This document shows positions 49,194 to 61,463 of a DNA stretch of 64,000 bases, piece after piece. The stretch lies in assembly GCA_963739695.1 (NCBI GenBank), contig CAVUBB010000006.1, positions 11,832-75,831 of the forward strand. Reading direction: 5' to 3'. How positions within the stretch are numbered: the stretch's first letter is position 1; each line of letters begins with the position of its first letter. Both the position numbers and the translations under genes were made by a program. The notes under the pieces were generated by a model. It was given only the letters and a program-made list of their open reading frames with translations, did no database searches and was not told where the DNA came from. The DNA comes from an uncultured Pseudomonadota bacterium (lineage in GTDB: Bacteria; Pseudomonadota; Gammaproteobacteria; Natronospirales; CAVUBB01).

Positions 49194-50710
49194 TGGCGGC
49201 GCGCCAAGCCGAGCCGGGCGTGCGCCTTTCGGTCCTGCTCAAGGGGCTGGCCGAGGTCCCGCGCGAGCAGGATATCAGTGTGAGCGGCATCGCCAGCGAC
49301 AGCCGGCAGGTGCGCGAAGGCTTCCTCTTTCTCGCCGGACGCGGCTACAGCGTGCATGGGCTCGACTTTCTCGACGAAGCCTTGAAGCGGGGCGCGGCGG
49401 CCGTGGTCTGGGAGCCGGGCCCGGAGACGGCCGACCCGGGCACACGCATACCCGTGCGTATCGCGGTGCCGGATCTTGTACACAAGCTGGGCCTTATCGC
49501 GGCGCGCTTCCATGACGACCCCAGTGCCGATCTCGACCTGGTTGCCGTGACCGGAACCAACGGAAAATCCTCCAGCGTGAGTCTGCTCGCCCAGGTGTTC
49601 GATGCCTGTGGGCGCACTTGTGGGCAGATCGGCACGCTGGGTTACGGCATGTCGGGCCAGCTCACCGAGGCCACTCACACGACTCCCGACGCGCTCCGTC
49701 TGCAAGCTTTGTTCGCCGAGTTCCGCGATGCCGAAGCACGCTGCGTCGCCATGGAAGCGTCGTCGCATGCGCTCGCGCAAGAACGTATGCTGGGCACGCA
49801 CGTGCGCGTGGCGATGTTCACCAATCTCACCCGCGATCATCTCGATTATCACATCGATGCCGAGAGCTATGGTGCGGCGAAGGCCAGGCTGTTCGCCTTC
49901 CCGGATCTGCAGAGCGCGGTGATAAATCTCGACGATGCGTTCGGCGCACGACTCGCGGCGAACCTGCCGGAATCCCTCGATGTCATCGGCTATACGCTTG
50001 GCGATGTCGCTTGCCCGCGGGCGCGGATATTGCGTGGCGAGCAGCTCGTGCTCGATACCGCAGGCATGCACATGCGGATAGCCGGCGATCTGGGTACAGG
50101 CGAGTTGCGTACGCCGTTGCTGGGTCGCTTCAACGCCAGCAACGTCCTCGGTGTGATCGGTGCGGCGGTCGCTGTCGGGCTCGATCTCGCCGAAGTGCTG
50201 GATCGCCTGCACTCGGTGCACTCGGTGCCGGGGCGGATGGAATGTTTCGGCGGCGGCGCACTGCCGTTGGTCATCGTCGATTACGCGCATACGCCGGACG
50301 CGCTCGAGAAGGTGCTGGACGCGGCACGCGCGCATGCCGAAGGCGAGCTGTGGTGCGTGTTCGGTTGCGGTGGCGAGCGCGATACCGGCAAGCGCCCGAT
50401 GATGGGCGAGATCGCCGCACGCCTGGCCGAGCATGTGGTGCTCACCGACGATAATCCGCGGGGCGAGGATTCATTGCGCATCATCGCCGATATCCGTGCG
50501 GGCATACCGGCCGGAACCGATGTGACCGAGGAGCCTGACCGGACCAAGGCGCTGCGCGCGGTTCTCGATCGCGCACGTCCCGGCGATGTGGTGGTGCTGG
50601 CAGGCAAAGGCCACGAGACCTATCAAGTCATCGGCAGGCGGCATCTGCCCTACGACGAGCGCGAGACGGTCGCGCGCGAGATCGCGCGCCTGCAGGAGGC
50701 GGCACGATGA
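49190..50710 (+). CDS. murE: UDP-N-acetylmuramoyl-L-alanyl-D-glutamate--2,6-diaminopimelate ligase
   Basis: 506 aa with VTGTNGKSS, DYAHTPDALEKVL and the DNPR motif (TDDNPRGED) indicative of mDAP-adding MurE. Confidence 0.95.
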   Translation: MMAARQAEPGVRLSVLLKGLAEVPREQDISVSGIASDSRQVREGFLFLAGRGYSVHGLDFLDEALKRGAAAVVWEPGPETADPGTRIPVRIAVPDLVHKLGLIAARFHDDPSADLDLVAVTGTNGKSSSVSLLAQVFDACGRTCGQIGTLGYGMSGQLTEATHTTPDALRLQALFAEFRDAEARCVAMEASSHALAQERMLGTHVRVAMFTNLTRDHLDYHIDAESYGAAKARLFAFPDLQSAVINLDDAFGARLAANLPESLDVIGYTLGDVACPRARILRGEQLVLDTAGMHMRIAGDLGTGELRTPLLGRFNASNVLGVIGAAVAVGLDLAEVLDRLHSVHSVPGRMECFGGGALPLVIVDYAHTPDALEKVLDAARAHAEGELWCVFGCGGERDTGKRPMMGEIAARLAEHVVLTDDNPRGEDSLRIIADIRAGIPAGTDVTEEPDRTKALRAVLDRARPGDVVVLAGKGHETYQVIGRRHLPYDERETVAREIARLQEAAR

Positions 50711-52080
50711 TCCGGCGCCTGAGTCAGCTCGCGCGTGTGACCGGCGGCCGGCTGGAGGGGGCCGATGCGACGTTCTCGGGCGTCAGCACCGACACGCGCA
50801 CGCTTGCCGCGGGTGAATTGTTCGTCTGCCTGCGCGGCCCCAACTTCGATGGCCACGAGTTCATCGATGCGGCAGTCGAGAAGGGTGCTACGGGTGCTTT
50901 GGTGGAGCAGGTCACACAGGCTTTGCCGTGTGTGGTCGTCCCCGACGCCTTGCGCGCGCTGGCCGATTTCGCCGCCGCCTGGCGTGAGGCGTTCCATATC
51001 CCTGTGGTCGCCGTCACCGGCAGCAACGGCAAGACCACGGTGAAAGAACTCCTGGCCAGCATCCTGCGTACGCGCGGACCGGTGCTGGCGACTCGGGGCA
51101 ACCTCAACAATCAGATCGGCCTGCCGCTGACCCTGCTGGGCCTCGATGCGCAGCACGCGGCCGCGGTCGTCGAGATGGGTACCAACGGCCCCGGCGAGAT
51201 CGCGCTGCTGGCGCGTATCGCCCACCCCGATGTGGCCATCGTCACCAATGCCAGCCGCGCCCACCTGGAAGGGCTGGGGACGGTAGAGGCTGTCGCTGAA
51301 GAGAAGGGCGCACTGTTCAGCGCGCTCGCGAACGGCGGCGTCGCTGTCGTCAACGCCGACGATCCGCACGCGCCGCTGTGGCGGCAGCTGGCCGGTACGC
51401 GCAGGCGGCTGGAGTTCGGGTTGGAAGCGGCGGCCGATGTGACTGTACGCCCCGGCAGCCTGGAGATGGATGCGGACGGCAGCCGTTTCGTGCTGCTCGC
51501 GCCGCAGGGGCATCTGCCGGTGCACCTGCCACTGCCGGGTCGGCACAACGTCATGAACGCGCTCGCCGCCGCCGCGGCGGCGTTCGCGGTCGGGTTCAGC
51601 GTCGAAGATGTCGCCGCGGGTCTGGAGCAGGCACGCGCGGTGCCCGGGCGCCTGCAGACGCGGGCACTGGCCGGCGGTTCGGTGGTGGTTGACGACACCT
51701 ACAACGCCAACCCGGCGTCGCTGCATGCGGCGGTGGATTGGGCAACGACGGTGCACGAGCCCGTATGGCTGGTGCTTGGCGACATGAAAGAACTCGGCCC
51801 GGGTGGGCGCGAGTATCACGCCGAGGCCGGACGGCATGCGCGTGCGGCCGGCGTCGCCCGCCTGTTCGCGGTGGGAGAACTTGCCGCGGTCGCGGCGCAC
51901 GAATTTGGCGATGGTGCACATGCCTACGCGGATGTAACCGCGTTGATCGAAGATCTGCAGGCGAGCATGGAAGCGGGTGTGATGATCCTGGTCAAGGGTT
52001 CGCGGAGCATGCGCATGGAGCGCGTGGTCGCCGCTCTGACCGATCCAGTCGCGCCACGCGCGGCCAACGGCGGGAGCTGA
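50707..52080 (+). CDS. murF: UDP-N-acetylmuramoyl-tripeptide--D-alanyl-D-alanine ligase
   Basis: 457 aa with [24 protein letters not shown] and DDTYNANP. Confidence 0.95.
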   Translation: MIRRLSQLARVTGGRLEGADATFSGVSTDTRTLAAGELFVCLRGPNFDGHEFIDAAVEKGATGALVEQVTQALPCVVVPDALRALADFAAAWREAFHIPVVAVTGSNGKTTVKELLASILRTRGPVLATRGNLNNQIGLPLTLLGLDAQHAAAVVEMGTNGPGEIALLARIAHPDVAIVTNASRAHLEGLGTVEAVAEEKGALFSALANGGVAVVNADDPHAPLWRQLAGTRRRLEFGLEAAADVTVRPGSLEMDADGSRFVLLAPQGHLPVHLPLPGRHNVMNALAAAAAAFAVGFSVEDVAAGLEQARAVPGRLQTRALAGGSVVVDDTYNANPASLHAAVDWATTVHEPVWLVLGDMKELGPGGREYHAEAGRHARAAGVARLFAVGELAAVAAHEFGDGAHAYADVTALIEDLQASMEAGVMILVKGSRSMRMERVVAALTDPVAPRAANGGS

Positions 52081-52081
52081 C

Positions 52082-53164
52082 ATGCTGCTATTTCTCAGCG
52101 AATACCTGACGCGGCTGCATAGCGGCTTCAACGTGTTCCAGTATCTGACCATGCGCGCGATCCTGGGTGTGCTCACTGCGCTGTTGTTCTCGTTCATCGC
52201 CGGACCCCACATGATCCGCCGCCTGACTTTCCATCAGATCGGCCAGAACGTGCGTCTCGACGGCCCGCAGACCCATCTGGCCAAGGCGGGCACGCCGACC
52301 ATGGGCGGCGCGCTGATCCTGGCGGCACTGGTTATCAGTACCCTGCTCTGGGCCGACCTGCGCAATCGCTATATCTGGATCGCATTGGGCACGACGCTGC
52401 TGTTCGGCCTGATCGGCGGGCTCGACGATTATCGCAAGCTGGTGCTGGGCAATTCACGCGGGCTCTCGGCGCGGAGCAAGTTTCTGCTGCAGTCGGCTGC
52501 CGGCTTCGCCATCGCCATCCTGCTCTATACCGGTGCGCATGAGCCGGTCGAGACGGACCTCATCGTGCCGTTCTTCAAGCATGTGATCGTCCCGCTGGGC
52601 AGCTTCTACATCGTGCTCACGTACCTGGTCGTGGTCGGTACCAGCAACGCGGTGAACCTCACCGACGGTCTCGATGGCCTGGCGATCATGCCGACGGTAC
52701 TCATCGCCGGCGCGCTCGCGGTGTTCGCCTACGCCACCGGCAATGTGAAATTCGCGAATTATCTGGCTATCCCTTATGTCCCGGGTGTGGGCGAGATGGT
52801 GGTCTTCTGCGGTGCGCTCGTCGGTGCGGGCATCGGCTTTCTCTGGTTCAACACCTATCCCGCACAGGTGTTCATGGGCGATATCGGCGCCCTGGCGCTG
52901 GGTGCTGCGCTGGGCGTCTCGGCGGTGATGGTGCGCCAGGAACTCGTCCTGTTCGTTATGGGCGGCGTGTTCGTGATGGAGACGGTGTCGGTCATCCTGC
53001 AGGTGGCTTCGTTCAAGCTGACGGGCCGGCGCATCTTTCGCATGGCACCGCTGCACCACCATTTCGAACTCAAGGGCTGGGCCGAACCGAAGGTCATCGT
53101 GCGCTTCTGGATCATCACCGTGATCCTGGTGCTCATCGGCCTGTCCACGTTGAAGTTGCGCTAG
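52082..53164 (+). CDS. mraY: Phospho-N-acetylmuramoyl-pentapeptide-transferase
   Basis: 360 aa with [32 protein letters not shown] and APLHHHFE. Confidence 0.97.
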   Translation: MLLFLSEYLTRLHSGFNVFQYLTMRAILGVLTALLFSFIAGPHMIRRLTFHQIGQNVRLDGPQTHLAKAGTPTMGGALILAALVISTLLWADLRNRYIWIALGTTLLFGLIGGLDDYRKLVLGNSRGLSARSKFLLQSAAGFAIAILLYTGAHEPVETDLIVPFFKHVIVPLGSFYIVLTYLVVVGTSNAVNLTDGLDGLAIMPTVLIAGALAVFAYATGNVKFANYLAIPYVPGVGEMVVFCGALVGAGIGFLWFNTYPAQVFMGDIGALALGAALGVSAVMVRQELVLFVMGGVFVMETVSVILQVASFKLTGRRIFRMAPLHHHFELKGWAEPKVIVRFWIITVILVLIGLSTLKLR

Positions 53165-53183
53165 AGCGGATAGAGGGACGCAA

Positions 53184-54524
53184 GTGGCAGACGCGGCAGT
53201 GAGAACATTGATAGTGGGACTGGGCAAGACTGGCTTGTCTGTCGCCCGCTATCTTGCTGCGCGTGGCGATGCCGTTGCGGTGACCGACAGTCGCGACGAG
53301 CCCCCCGGACTTGCCGCATTGCGTGCAGACCTGCCCGATACCGCCGTCTTTCTCGGCGGCTTCTCCGAGGAAGCGCTTGGACGTGCCGACCAGGTGGTGG
53401 TGTCGCCGGGCGTGGCGACGGATATCCCGTTCATCCATCGCGCGCGCGAGATGGGGCTGCCGATCCTCGGCGATATCGAGTTATTCGCCCGTGCCGTGGA
53501 TGCCCCGGTGGTCGCGGTGACCGGCTCGAACGGCAAGAGCACAGTGGCGACGCTACTCGGGCTGATGGCCGATCGGGCCGGGCGCAAGATTCGCATCGGC
53601 GGCAATCTGGGGGTCCCCGCGCTGGAACTGCTGCAGGCCGATGGGGTCGTCGATCTCTATGTGCTCGAACTGTCGAGCTTCCAGCTGGAACTGACCGATT
53701 CATTGCACTGCGTGGCTGCAGCGGTGCTCAACGTGTCCGCCGATCACATGGATCGCTATGCCGACATGAGCGCCTATGCGGCGGCGAAGGCGCGTATCTA
53801 TGAACGTTGCGATGCCGCCATCGCCAACCGGCAGGATCCGATAGTCATGCAGATGGTCGCAGGACGCGGCGATGTGACCAGCTTCGGTCTGGATGTGCCG
53901 CGGGCCGGCCAGTACGGCTTGCTCGCGCACGACGACGGTCCCTGGCTCGCCCGCGGCGAGACCCCGTTGCTGCCGGTTTCGAGCCTGCGTATCCGGGGTA
54001 CGCACAACGCCGCCAACGCGCTTGCGGCGCTGGCACTCGGGGCGGCGGTGGAGTTGCCTGTCGATGCCATGCTCGAGGTCTTGCGCGAGTTCCGTGGTCT
54101 GCCGCATCGGATGCAGTGGGTGGGCGAGGCCGGTGGGATCGTCTATGTCAACGACTCGAAAGCGACCAACGTCGGCGCGACACTCGCCGCCATCCACGGG
54201 GTGGATATGCCGCTTGTCGTGATCGCGGGCGGCGACGGCAAGGGTGCCGACTTCTCCGCGTTCGCTGATGCACTGGCCGCACATGCGCGCGCACTCGTCC
54301 TTATCGGCAGGGACGCAGCGCGCATCGAAGAGGCTGTCGGTGGCCGCATCCCGGTATATCGGGAGTCCAGTATCGAGGCGGCGGTCCGTCGCGCCCACGA
54401 CCTGGCCCGGCCCGGCGACATGGTGTTGCTGTCGCCGGCGTGTTCTAGCCTCGACATGTTCGAGGATTTCGCCGCACGTGGGTCGGCGTATATGGAAGCG
54501 GTGCGGGAGGTGGCTCATGTTTGA
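53184..54524 (+). CDS. murD: UDP-N-acetylmuramoylalanine--D-glutamate ligase
   Basis: 446 aa (GTG start after AGAGGGA) with VGLGKTGLS, VTGSNGKSTV and NDSKATNVGA. Confidence 0.95.
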   Translation: MADAAVRTLIVGLGKTGLSVARYLAARGDAVAVTDSRDEPPGLAALRADLPDTAVFLGGFSEEALGRADQVVVSPGVATDIPFIHRAREMGLPILGDIELFARAVDAPVVAVTGSNGKSTVATLLGLMADRAGRKIRIGGNLGVPALELLQADGVVDLYVLELSSFQLELTDSLHCVAAAVLNVSADHMDRYADMSAYAAAKARIYERCDAAIANRQDPIVMQMVAGRGDVTSFGLDVPRAGQYGLLAHDDGPWLARGETPLLPVSSLRIRGTHNAANALAALALGAAVELPVDAMLEVLREFRGLPHRMQWVGEAGGIVYVNDSKATNVGATLAAIHGVDMPLVVIAGGDGKGADFSAFADALAAHARALVLIGRDAARIEEAVGGRIPVYRESSIEAAVRRAHDLARPGDMVLLSPACSSLDMFEDFAARGSAYMEAVREVAHV

Positions 54525-55698
54525 GGTCCTGCTCGACAGCCGCATCGCGATGAGGCGCACCCTCGTGCACCGGCCGGATCCGATCCTGACGGGGATCGCG
54601 CTCACGATCCTGATCTTCGGTCTGATCATGGTGGCCTCGGCCTCGGTATCGCTGGCGGACCAGCAGACGGGGAACGCGTTCTACTATCTGGAGCGTCAGC
54701 TCGTGTTCGCGCTGGTCGGCGTCGGTGCCGCCTTCTTCGCCTACCAGATCCCGCTGGCTCTGTGGCAGCGTTCCGGCTTCCTGTTGTTGCTGTTCGGTTT
54801 GCTGTTGCTGCTGGCAGTGCTGGTGCCGGGTGTCGGAACGCGGGTGAACGGCAGCATGCGCTGGATCGTCGCCGGACCCTTCCGCCTGCAGGTTTCGGAA
54901 CTCGCCAAGCTGGCGATCCTGATGTATCTCGCTGGTTATCTGGTACGGCGGCAAGGCGAGGTGCGCGACCGCTTTTCGGGCTTCGCCAAACCGGTGGCGA
55001 TGCTCGGCCTGGCATCTGTGCTGCTGCTGCTGGAGCCCGACTTCGGCGCGGCCACGGTCCTGCTCGCCACCGCGTTCACGATGATGTTCATCGGCGGTGT
55101 GCGGTTGCGCCATTTCAGCCTGCTCGTCGGTCTGGTCAGTCTGGCGATGGCCGTGCTCGCTTTCTCGTCGCCCTACCGGCTCGAGCGCTTGACGACTTTT
55201 CTCAATCCCTGGGCCGATCCGTTCAATAGCGGTTTCCAGCTGACCCAGTCGCTGATCGCGATCGGGCGCGGACAATGGTTCGGGGTCGGCCTCGGTGAGA
55301 GCGTGCAGAAGCTGTTTTACCTGCCCGAAGCGCATACCGACTTCCTGTTCGCCGTGCTCGCCGAAGAACTCGGTCTGCTCGGTGCGCTGAGTGTGATCGG
55401 ACTCTACCTGGCCTTCACCTGGCGTGCCTTCATCATCGCGCGCAGGGCAGCCGCTTGCGGGCGCATGTACGCGGCCTATCTTTCCTTCGGTCTCGGACTC
55501 TGGATCGGCTTGCAGGCGTTCATCAACGTCGGCGTGAACATGGGCATCCTGCCCACCAAGGGGCTGACTCTGCCCCTGATGAGTTCCGGCGGTTCCAGTC
55601 TCGTGGTCACCTGCGCTGCCGTGGGCCTGCTCCTGCGAGCGGCGCGCGAAGGCGAACAGGGTCCGGTCTCGCGCTGGCAAGAGGAGGACGCACTGTGA
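54517..55698 (+). CDS. ftsW: Peptidoglycan glycosyltransferase FtsW (SEDS family)
   Basis: 393 aa from ATG 54517 (overlaps the murD end). Polytopic, with RWI..GPFRLQVSELAK, PDFG and LPTKGLTLPLMSSGGSS. Confidence 0.93.
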   Translation: MFEVLLDSRIAMRRTLVHRPDPILTGIALTILIFGLIMVASASVSLADQQTGNAFYYLERQLVFALVGVGAAFFAYQIPLALWQRSGFLLLLFGLLLLLAVLVPGVGTRVNGSMRWIVAGPFRLQVSELAKLAILMYLAGYLVRRQGEVRDRFSGFAKPVAMLGLASVLLLLEPDFGAATVLLATAFTMMFIGGVRLRHFSLLVGLVSLAMAVLAFSSPYRLERLTTFLNPWADPFNSGFQLTQSLIAIGRGQWFGVGLGESVQKLFYLPEAHTDFLFAVLAEELGLLGALSVIGLYLAFTWRAFIIARRAAACGRMYAAYLSFGLGLWIGLQAFINVGVNMGILPTKGLTLPLMSSGGSSLVVTCAAVGLLLRAAREGEQGPVSRWQEEDAL

Positions 55699-56783
55699 CT
55701 GCGGGCGTGCGCGTGCTGGTGATGGCCGGCGGTACCGGCGGCCATGTGTTTCCGGCGCTGGCCGCGGCCGAGCTCCTGCGCGCGCGCGGAGCCGAGGTTT
55801 CCTGGGTCGGCACGCGTGCGGGTCTCGAGGCCCGCCTGGTCCCGCCGAGCGGCATACCCCTGGAATGGATCACCGTGCGCGGCTTGCGCGGGAAGGGCCT
55901 GCTCGGCTGGTTGCTCGCACCCGTGCGTCTCGCGCGGGCGATGGCGCAGGCGGGTGCCATCATCCGTCGCCTCCGCCCCGATGTCGTGCTGGGCATGGGC
56001 GGCTTCGTGAGCGGGCCCGGCGGCATCATGGCGCGCATGCTGCGTATCCCCCTGGTGGTCCACGAGCAGAATGCCGTGCCCGGTCTTACCAACCGCATTC
56101 TGGGCCGTATCGCGCGCCGTGTGCTGGAGGCCTTTCCCGGAAGTTTCGACCCGACTTTCGCGGCCGAGACAGTCGGCAATCCGGTACGCCGCGAGATCGC
56201 CGCGTTGCCGCGTCCCGCCGAGCGCTTCGCAGACCGCCACGGACCGGTACGCGTGCTGGTGATCGGCGGCAGTCAGGGCGCACGCATACTCAACACGACG
56301 GTGCCCGAGGGGCTCGCCCTGCTGACCGGAGGCGAGCGCCCGCTGATCTGGCATCAGGCGGGTGCGCGCGGGCTCGACCAGGCGCGGCAGGCCTATGCCG
56401 ACGCCGGCGTCGAAGGGCGCATCGTACCCTTTATCGACAACATGGCCGAAGCTTATGCCTGGGCCGATCTGGTGATCTGCCGTGCGGGCGCGCTAACCGT
56501 GAGCGAGCTGGCGGCGGCTGGAGTTGGCTCGGTGCTGGTCCCGTTTGCGGCCGCGGTGGATGACCACCAGACCCTGAATGCGCGTTATCTGAGTGACCGT
56601 GGCGCCGCGATCTTGATCCCGCAGTCCGAATTCGACGGCGAACGCCTGGCAAACACCCTGCGCGAGCTCGGGCGCGGCCGCCTGCTGATGATGGCGCAGG
56701 CCGCACGCGCCCAGGCGGTCGCCGATGCGGCCGAGCGTGTAGTCCAGGTCTGTCTGGAAGCGGCGGCAGGAGGTGTGGCATGA
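55695..56783 (+). CDS. murG: UDP-N-acetylglucosamine--N-acetylmuramyl-(pentapeptide) pyrophosphoryl-undecaprenol GlcNAc transferase
   Basis: 362 aa from GTG 55695 (GAGGAGGA RBS, GTGA overlap with ftsW) with [20 protein letters not shown] and [12 protein letters not shown]. Confidence 0.93.
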   Translation: MTAGVRVLVMAGGTGGHVFPALAAAELLRARGAEVSWVGTRAGLEARLVPPSGIPLEWITVRGLRGKGLLGWLLAPVRLARAMAQAGAIIRRLRPDVVLGMGGFVSGPGGIMARMLRIPLVVHEQNAVPGLTNRILGRIARRVLEAFPGSFDPTFAAETVGNPVRREIAALPRPAERFADRHGPVRVLVIGGSQGARILNTTVPEGLALLTGGERPLIWHQAGARGLDQARQAYADAGVEGRIVPFIDNMAEAYAWADLVICRAGALTVSELAAAGVGSVLVPFAAAVDDHQTLNARYLSDRGAAILIPQSEFDGERLANTLRELGRGRLLMMAQAARAQAVADAAERVVQVCLEAAAGGVA

Positions 56784-58189
56784 GCGATCGCATGCGCCGG
56801 ATCCATCGCATCCACATGATCGGTATCGGCGGTGTCGGTATGGGCGGCATCGCCGAGGTGCTGCTCAACCTGGGTTACCAGGTGACCGGCTCCGACCTGC
56901 GTGCGAACCAGGTCACCCGGCATCTTGCCGACCTTGGCGCCGAGATCAGCCTCGGCCACGATCCGCAACACGTCGAACAAGCCGACGTAGTGGTGATCTC
57001 CAGCGCTGTACAGGCAGACAATCCGGAACTGGTCGCGGCCGGCGAGCGGCGCATCCCCGTGGTGCCGCGTGCCGAGATGCTGGCGGAACTGATGCGGTTC
57101 CGGTTCGGTATCGCCGTGGCGGGCACGCATGGCAAGACCACCACCACGAGCCTGATCGCAAGCGTCCTCGGCGAGGGCGGTCTCGATCCGACTTTCGTGA
57201 TCGGCGGTCGTCTGAACAGCGCAGGCACCAATGCACGTCTCGGCGAGAGCCGCTATCTCGTCGCCGAAGCCGACGAGAGCGACGCGTCATTCCTGCATCT
57301 GCAGCCGATGCTCGCGGTCGTGACCAACATCGACGCCGATCACATGGGCACTTACGCGGGCGATTTCCAGCGTCTGTGTCAGACCTTCGTCGAGTTCCTG
57401 CACCATCTGCCGTTCTACGGTCTGGCCGTACTCTGCCTCGATGATCCGGTCGTCGCCGGCATCGTGCCCGATCTGGGCCGACCGGTGCTCACCTACGGTA
57501 TCGGCGCTGAAGCCGATGTGCGCGCGTCCGCGATCGAGGCCCACGGCAACCGGACCCGCTTCCACGTCACCCGGCCCGGCGCCCCGCCCCTGGACGTGGT
57601 ACTCAATCTGCCGGGCGACCACAACGTGCTCAATGCATTGGCGGCGATCGCCGTCGCCCAGGAGCTGGGGGTCAAGGATGCCCCCCTGCTCAAGGCACTC
57701 GCCGATTTCCAGGGTATAGGCCGGCGTTTCCAGACTTACGGCGAGATCGAGACGCGCGCTGGACGCGTGCTGCTGGTGGACGACTACGGTCATCATCCGC
57801 GCGAGATCGCGGCCACCGTGAAGGCGGCACGTGCAGGCTGGCCAGAGCGCCGCCTGGTGGTCGCTTTCCAGCCGCACCGGTATACCCGCACCCATGATCT
57901 GTTCGACGACTTCGCGGGCGTCCTCTCCGAGGTTGATCAGCTGGTGTTGACCGAAGTCTATGCCGCAGGCGAAGCCCCGATCGCCGGGGCCGACGGGCGC
58001 GCGCTCAGCCGTTCGATCCGCAATCGCGGGCGTGTGGATCCGGTGTTCGTCGAGAACGTGCGCGACCTGCCCCAGACGCTGGCCGGCATCCTGCGCGATG
58101 GCGATCTGCTGCTGACTCTCGGCGCCGGCGATATCGGCGCGGTTGCCGCGGAACTGCCGACGCAGCTCGCGGCTGGAGGTGAAGGCTGA
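56780..58189 (+). CDS. murC: UDP-N-acetylmuramate--L-alanine ligase
   Basis: 469 aa with [30 protein letters not shown] and [10 protein letters not shown]. Confidence 0.96.
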   Translation: MSDRMRRIHRIHMIGIGGVGMGGIAEVLLNLGYQVTGSDLRANQVTRHLADLGAEISLGHDPQHVEQADVVVISSAVQADNPELVAAGERRIPVVPRAEMLAELMRFRFGIAVAGTHGKTTTTSLIASVLGEGGLDPTFVIGGRLNSAGTNARLGESRYLVAEADESDASFLHLQPMLAVVTNIDADHMGTYAGDFQRLCQTFVEFLHHLPFYGLAVLCLDDPVVAGIVPDLGRPVLTYGIGAEADVRASAIEAHGNRTRFHVTRPGAPPLDVVLNLPGDHNVLNALAAIAVAQELGVKDAPLLKALADFQGIGRRFQTYGEIETRAGRVLLVDDYGHHPREIAATVKAARAGWPERRLVVAFQPHRYTRTHDLFDDFAGVLSEVDQLVLTEVYAAGEAPIAGADGRALSRSIRNRGRVDPVFVENVRDLPQTLAGILRDGDLLLTLGAGDIGAVAAELPTQLAAGGEG

Positions 58190-59031
58190 TGAGGCTGCGG
58201 CGCAACAGCTCGCGCGCGCAGGACGCGCCATTGACGCGCCGCGAGCGCGCGGCGCGCGGCGACGTGCGGTCGCGGCCGGGGCTGCGCCGCTTCGCGCTGG
58301 GTCTCGGCGCTGCCGTGGTGCTGGTCGGTCTGGTCGTGAGTGTGGTCGCCGGCATGCGCGTCCTGCCTGCGATGTTCGCCGGTCCGCAGCTCCGGACACT
58401 GGTGGTGGAGGGGGAACTGCATCACGTCAGTGTGGACGAAGTCCGCCAGGCCGTGGCCGACGATCTCCATGGGCAGGGATTCTTTCGCGTCGATCTCGAC
58501 CGCTTGCAGCACGAAGTCGAGGCCATGCCCTGGGTTGCGAGCGCGAGCGTGCGGCGCAGCTGGCCGCATACGCTTGCCATCCGAGTGGTCGAACAGGTGC
58601 CGGTCGCGGCCTGGAACGGTGCCGGGCTGGTGAACGCGAGCGGCGAGGTCTTTATCGCCAAGGCGCGCACATTGCCGCCGGCGCTGCCCGAACTGGCCGG
58701 TCCCGAGGGCGCTTCACAGCGTGTGTGGGAAAACTTCGAAGAGATGTCCGCAGTGGTCGAGAACGACGGCCTGAAGATACGCAGGCTCGCGCTCAATCCA
58801 CGCGGTGGCTGGAGGTTGTTGCTCGACGATGGCATCCAGGTGCGCCTGGGGCGGGACGATACCTCGGCGCGGCTGGGGCGCTTCGCGCATGTCGTGGTAC
58901 AGGCGCTCAACCAGAGGCTCGATCAGATCGATTATGTGGATATGCGTTACACCAACGGATTCGCCGTGGGCTGGAAAGCGGTGGCGGGGGTGACCCCGTC
59001 GCAGCACGGAGAGGAAGTACCTGATGTCTAG
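58189..59031 (+). CDS. ftsQ: Cell division protein FtsQ
   Basis: 280 aa. Arg-rich cytoplasmic tail, one TM helix, POTRA-like region (VEGELHHVSVDEVRQAV) and a beta domain. Immediately precedes ftsA. Confidence 0.88.
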   Translation: MRLRRNSSRAQDAPLTRRERAARGDVRSRPGLRRFALGLGAAVVLVGLVVSVVAGMRVLPAMFAGPQLRTLVVEGELHHVSVDEVRQAVADDLHGQGFFRVDLDRLQHEVEAMPWVASASVRRSWPHTLAIRVVEQVPVAAWNGAGLVNASGEVFIAKARTLPPALPELAGPEGASQRVWENFEEMSAVVENDGLKIRRLALNPRGGWRLLLDDGIQVRLGRDDTSARLGRFAHVVVQALNQRLDQIDYVDMRYTNGFAVGWKAVAGVTPSQHGEEVPDV

Positions 59032-60259
59032 GAAATTGGAAAAGCGACTCATCGTCGGCTTGGATATTGGCACCTCGAAGGTCGTCGCTATCGTGGGTGA
59101 AGTGAAACCCGACGAGAGTGTCGAGATCATCGGGATCGGTTCCCATCCATCGCGCGGATTGAAGAAGGGCGTGGTGGTGAATATCGAATCGACGGTGCTC
59201 TCGATCCAGCGCGCCGTGGAGGAGGCCGAACTCATGGCCGGCTGCGAGATCCATTCGGTCTATGCGGGCATCGCCGGCAGTCATGTGCGCAGCCTGAATT
59301 CGCACGGGATCGTGGCGATCCGCGACAAGGAAGTCACGCCGGGCGATGTCGAGCGCGTGATCGATGCCGCGCGCGCGGTGGCGATACCCGCGGACCAGAA
59401 GATCCTCCACATCCTGCCGCAGGAATTCATCATCGACGAGCAGGACGGGGTGCGCGAGCCCGTGGGCATGTCGGGCGTGCGCCTGGAAGCGAAGGTGCAC
59501 ATGGTGACCGGTGCTCTGAGCGCGGTGCAAAACATCGTCAAGTGCGTGCGCCGCTGCGGGCTGGAAGTGGATGACGTCATCCTCGAACAGCTGGCATCCA
59601 GCTATTCGGTGCTCACCGACGACGAGAAGGATCTCGGCGTATGCCTGGTGGACATCGGCGGCGGCACGACCGACATAGCGGTGTTTACGGAGGGGTCGAT
59701 CCGCCATACCGCGGTGATCCCGATCGCCGGCGATCAGGTCACCAATGACATCGCCGTGGCGCTGCGTACGCCGACGCATTGCGCCGAAGAGATCAAGATC
59801 AAGTACGCCTGTGCGCTGCCCCAGCTGGCGAGTGCGGACGAGACCATCGAAGTGCCCAGCGTGGGCGACCGGCCGCCGCGCCGCCTCGCGCGCCAGACCC
59901 TCGCAGAGGTGGTCGAGCCTCGCTACGAGGAGCTGTTCAGCCTGATCCAGGCGGAACTGCGGCGCAGCGGCTTCGAGGACCTTATCGCTGCCGGGATCGT
60001 GCTCACCGGCGGCAGCGCGAAGATCGAGGGCGCAGTGGATCTGGCCGAGGAGGTGTTCCACGCGCCGGTGCGTCTGGGCGTGCCCCAATACGTTAGCGGT
60101 CTGGTGGATGTGGTGCGCAACCCGATCCACGCCACGGGCGTCGGGCTGCTCCTGTTCGGCGCGCAGAGCTCGCCGTACCGGAATCGCGAACCGGTCGGAT
60201 CCCTCGGCGCGAAGGACGTCTGGTCGCGCATGAAGCAATGGTTCCAGGGCAATTTCTAG
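59024..60259 (+). CDS. ftsA: Cell division protein FtsA
   Basis: 411 aa with [32 protein letters not shown] and [10 protein letters not shown] (actin-fold motifs). Confidence 0.96.
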   Translation: MSRKLEKRLIVGLDIGTSKVVAIVGEVKPDESVEIIGIGSHPSRGLKKGVVVNIESTVLSIQRAVEEAELMAGCEIHSVYAGIAGSHVRSLNSHGIVAIRDKEVTPGDVERVIDAARAVAIPADQKILHILPQEFIIDEQDGVREPVGMSGVRLEAKVHMVTGALSAVQNIVKCVRRCGLEVDDVILEQLASSYSVLTDDEKDLGVCLVDIGGGTTDIAVFTEGSIRHTAVIPIAGDQVTNDIAVALRTPTHCAEEIKIKYACALPQLASADETIEVPSVGDRPPRRLARQTLAEVVEPRYEELFSLIQAELRRSGFEDLIAAGIVLTGGSAKIEGAVDLAEEVFHAPVRLGVPQYVSGLVDVVRNPIHATGVGLLLFGAQSSPYRNREPVGSLGAKDVWSRMKQWFQGNF

Positions 60260-60311
60260 ATCCCCGCCGGGCAACCGGCGGGATATGTGTGGTAAGGAAG
60301 GAGGCGCAGTG

Positions 60312-61463
60312 ATGTTTGAACTTATGGATGGCTATAGCCAAAACGCCGTGATCAAAGTGATCGGCGTGGGAGGCGGCGGAGGCAACGCCGTCAGGCACAT
60401 GGTATCGGCTGGGATCGACGGCGTGGATTTCATCTGCGCCAATACCGATGCCCAGGCGCTACGCAACGTCAACGCCAAGACTTCGTTGCAGCTCGGCTGC
60501 AACATCACCAAGGGGCTTGGCGCAGGCGCGAACCCGGAGGTCGGCCGGCAGGCCGCGATGGAGGATCGCGAGCGTATCCAGGAAGTGATCGAGGGCAGCG
60601 ACATGCTGTTCATCACCGCTGGCATGGGCGGTGGCACCGGCACCGGGGCGGCGCCCATCGTGGCCGAAGTCGCCAAGGAGTTGGGGATACTCGTGGTGGC
60701 GGTCGTCACCAAGCCGTTCCCCTTCGAAGGCAACAAGCGCATGTACGTGGCCGAACAGGGCATGGACGAACTTGCCAAGAGCGTGGACTCGCTGATCACG
60801 ATCCCCAACGAGAAGCTGCTCAGCGTGCTCGGCCGCGACACCAGCCTGCTCGACGCGTTCAAGGCGGCCAACGACGTGCTGCTGGGCGCGGTCCAGGGGA
60901 TCGCCGAGCTGATCACCCGGCCCGGTCTGATCAACGTCGACTTCGCCGACGTGCGCACGGTCATGTCCGAGATGGGTATGGCGATGATGGGATCGGGCGT
61001 GGCGACCGGCGAAGACCGGGCACGCGAGGCCGCCGAAGCGGCCGTGGCCAGCCCGTTGCTGGAAGATGTCAACCTGGCGGGAGCCAAGGGTATCCTGGTC
61101 AACGTCACCGCGGGGATGGATCTCGCTATCGGCGAATTCCAGGAGGTGGGCAATACCGTCAAGGAGTTCGCCTCCGACGACGCCACCGTGGTGGTGGGTA
61201 CGGTCATCGATCCCGCCATGAGCGGCGAGGTGCGGGTCACGGTGGTGGCCACCGGCCTGGGCCGGACCGCGCGTCAGCTGCAGACCGGACCGGCGCCGAT
61301 CAAACTGGTCCAGCGCGAGAACAATGGCGAGGTCAATTATGCCGAGCTCGACAAGCCCACGGTGATCCGCAAGCAGGCGGTGGGCGACCGGACCCGCGAA
61401 GTGGCCAACTCGGATGCCGAGTATCTGGATATCCCGGCATTCCTGCGCCGCCAGGCCGACTGA
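60312..61463 (+). CDS. ftsZ: Cell division GTPase FtsZ
   Basis: 383 aa from ATG 60312 (AGGAAGGAGG RBS) with [14 protein letters not shown], the [10 protein letters not shown] tubulin signature and the C-terminal [11 protein letters not shown] peptide. Confidence 0.97.
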   Translation: MFELMDGYSQNAVIKVIGVGGGGGNAVRHMVSAGIDGVDFICANTDAQALRNVNAKTSLQLGCNITKGLGAGANPEVGRQAAMEDRERIQEVIEGSDMLFITAGMGGGTGTGAAPIVAEVAKELGILVVAVVTKPFPFEGNKRMYVAEQGMDELAKSVDSLITIPNEKLLSVLGRDTSLLDAFKAANDVLLGAVQGIAELITRPGLINVDFADVRTVMSEMGMAMMGSGVATGEDRAREAAEAAVASPLLEDVNLAGAKGILVNVTAGMDLAIGEFQEVGNTVKEFASDDATVVVGTVIDPAMSGEVRVTVVATGLGRTARQLQTGPAPIKLVQRENNGEVNYAELDKPTVIRKQAVGDRTREVANSDAEYLDIPAFLRRQAD

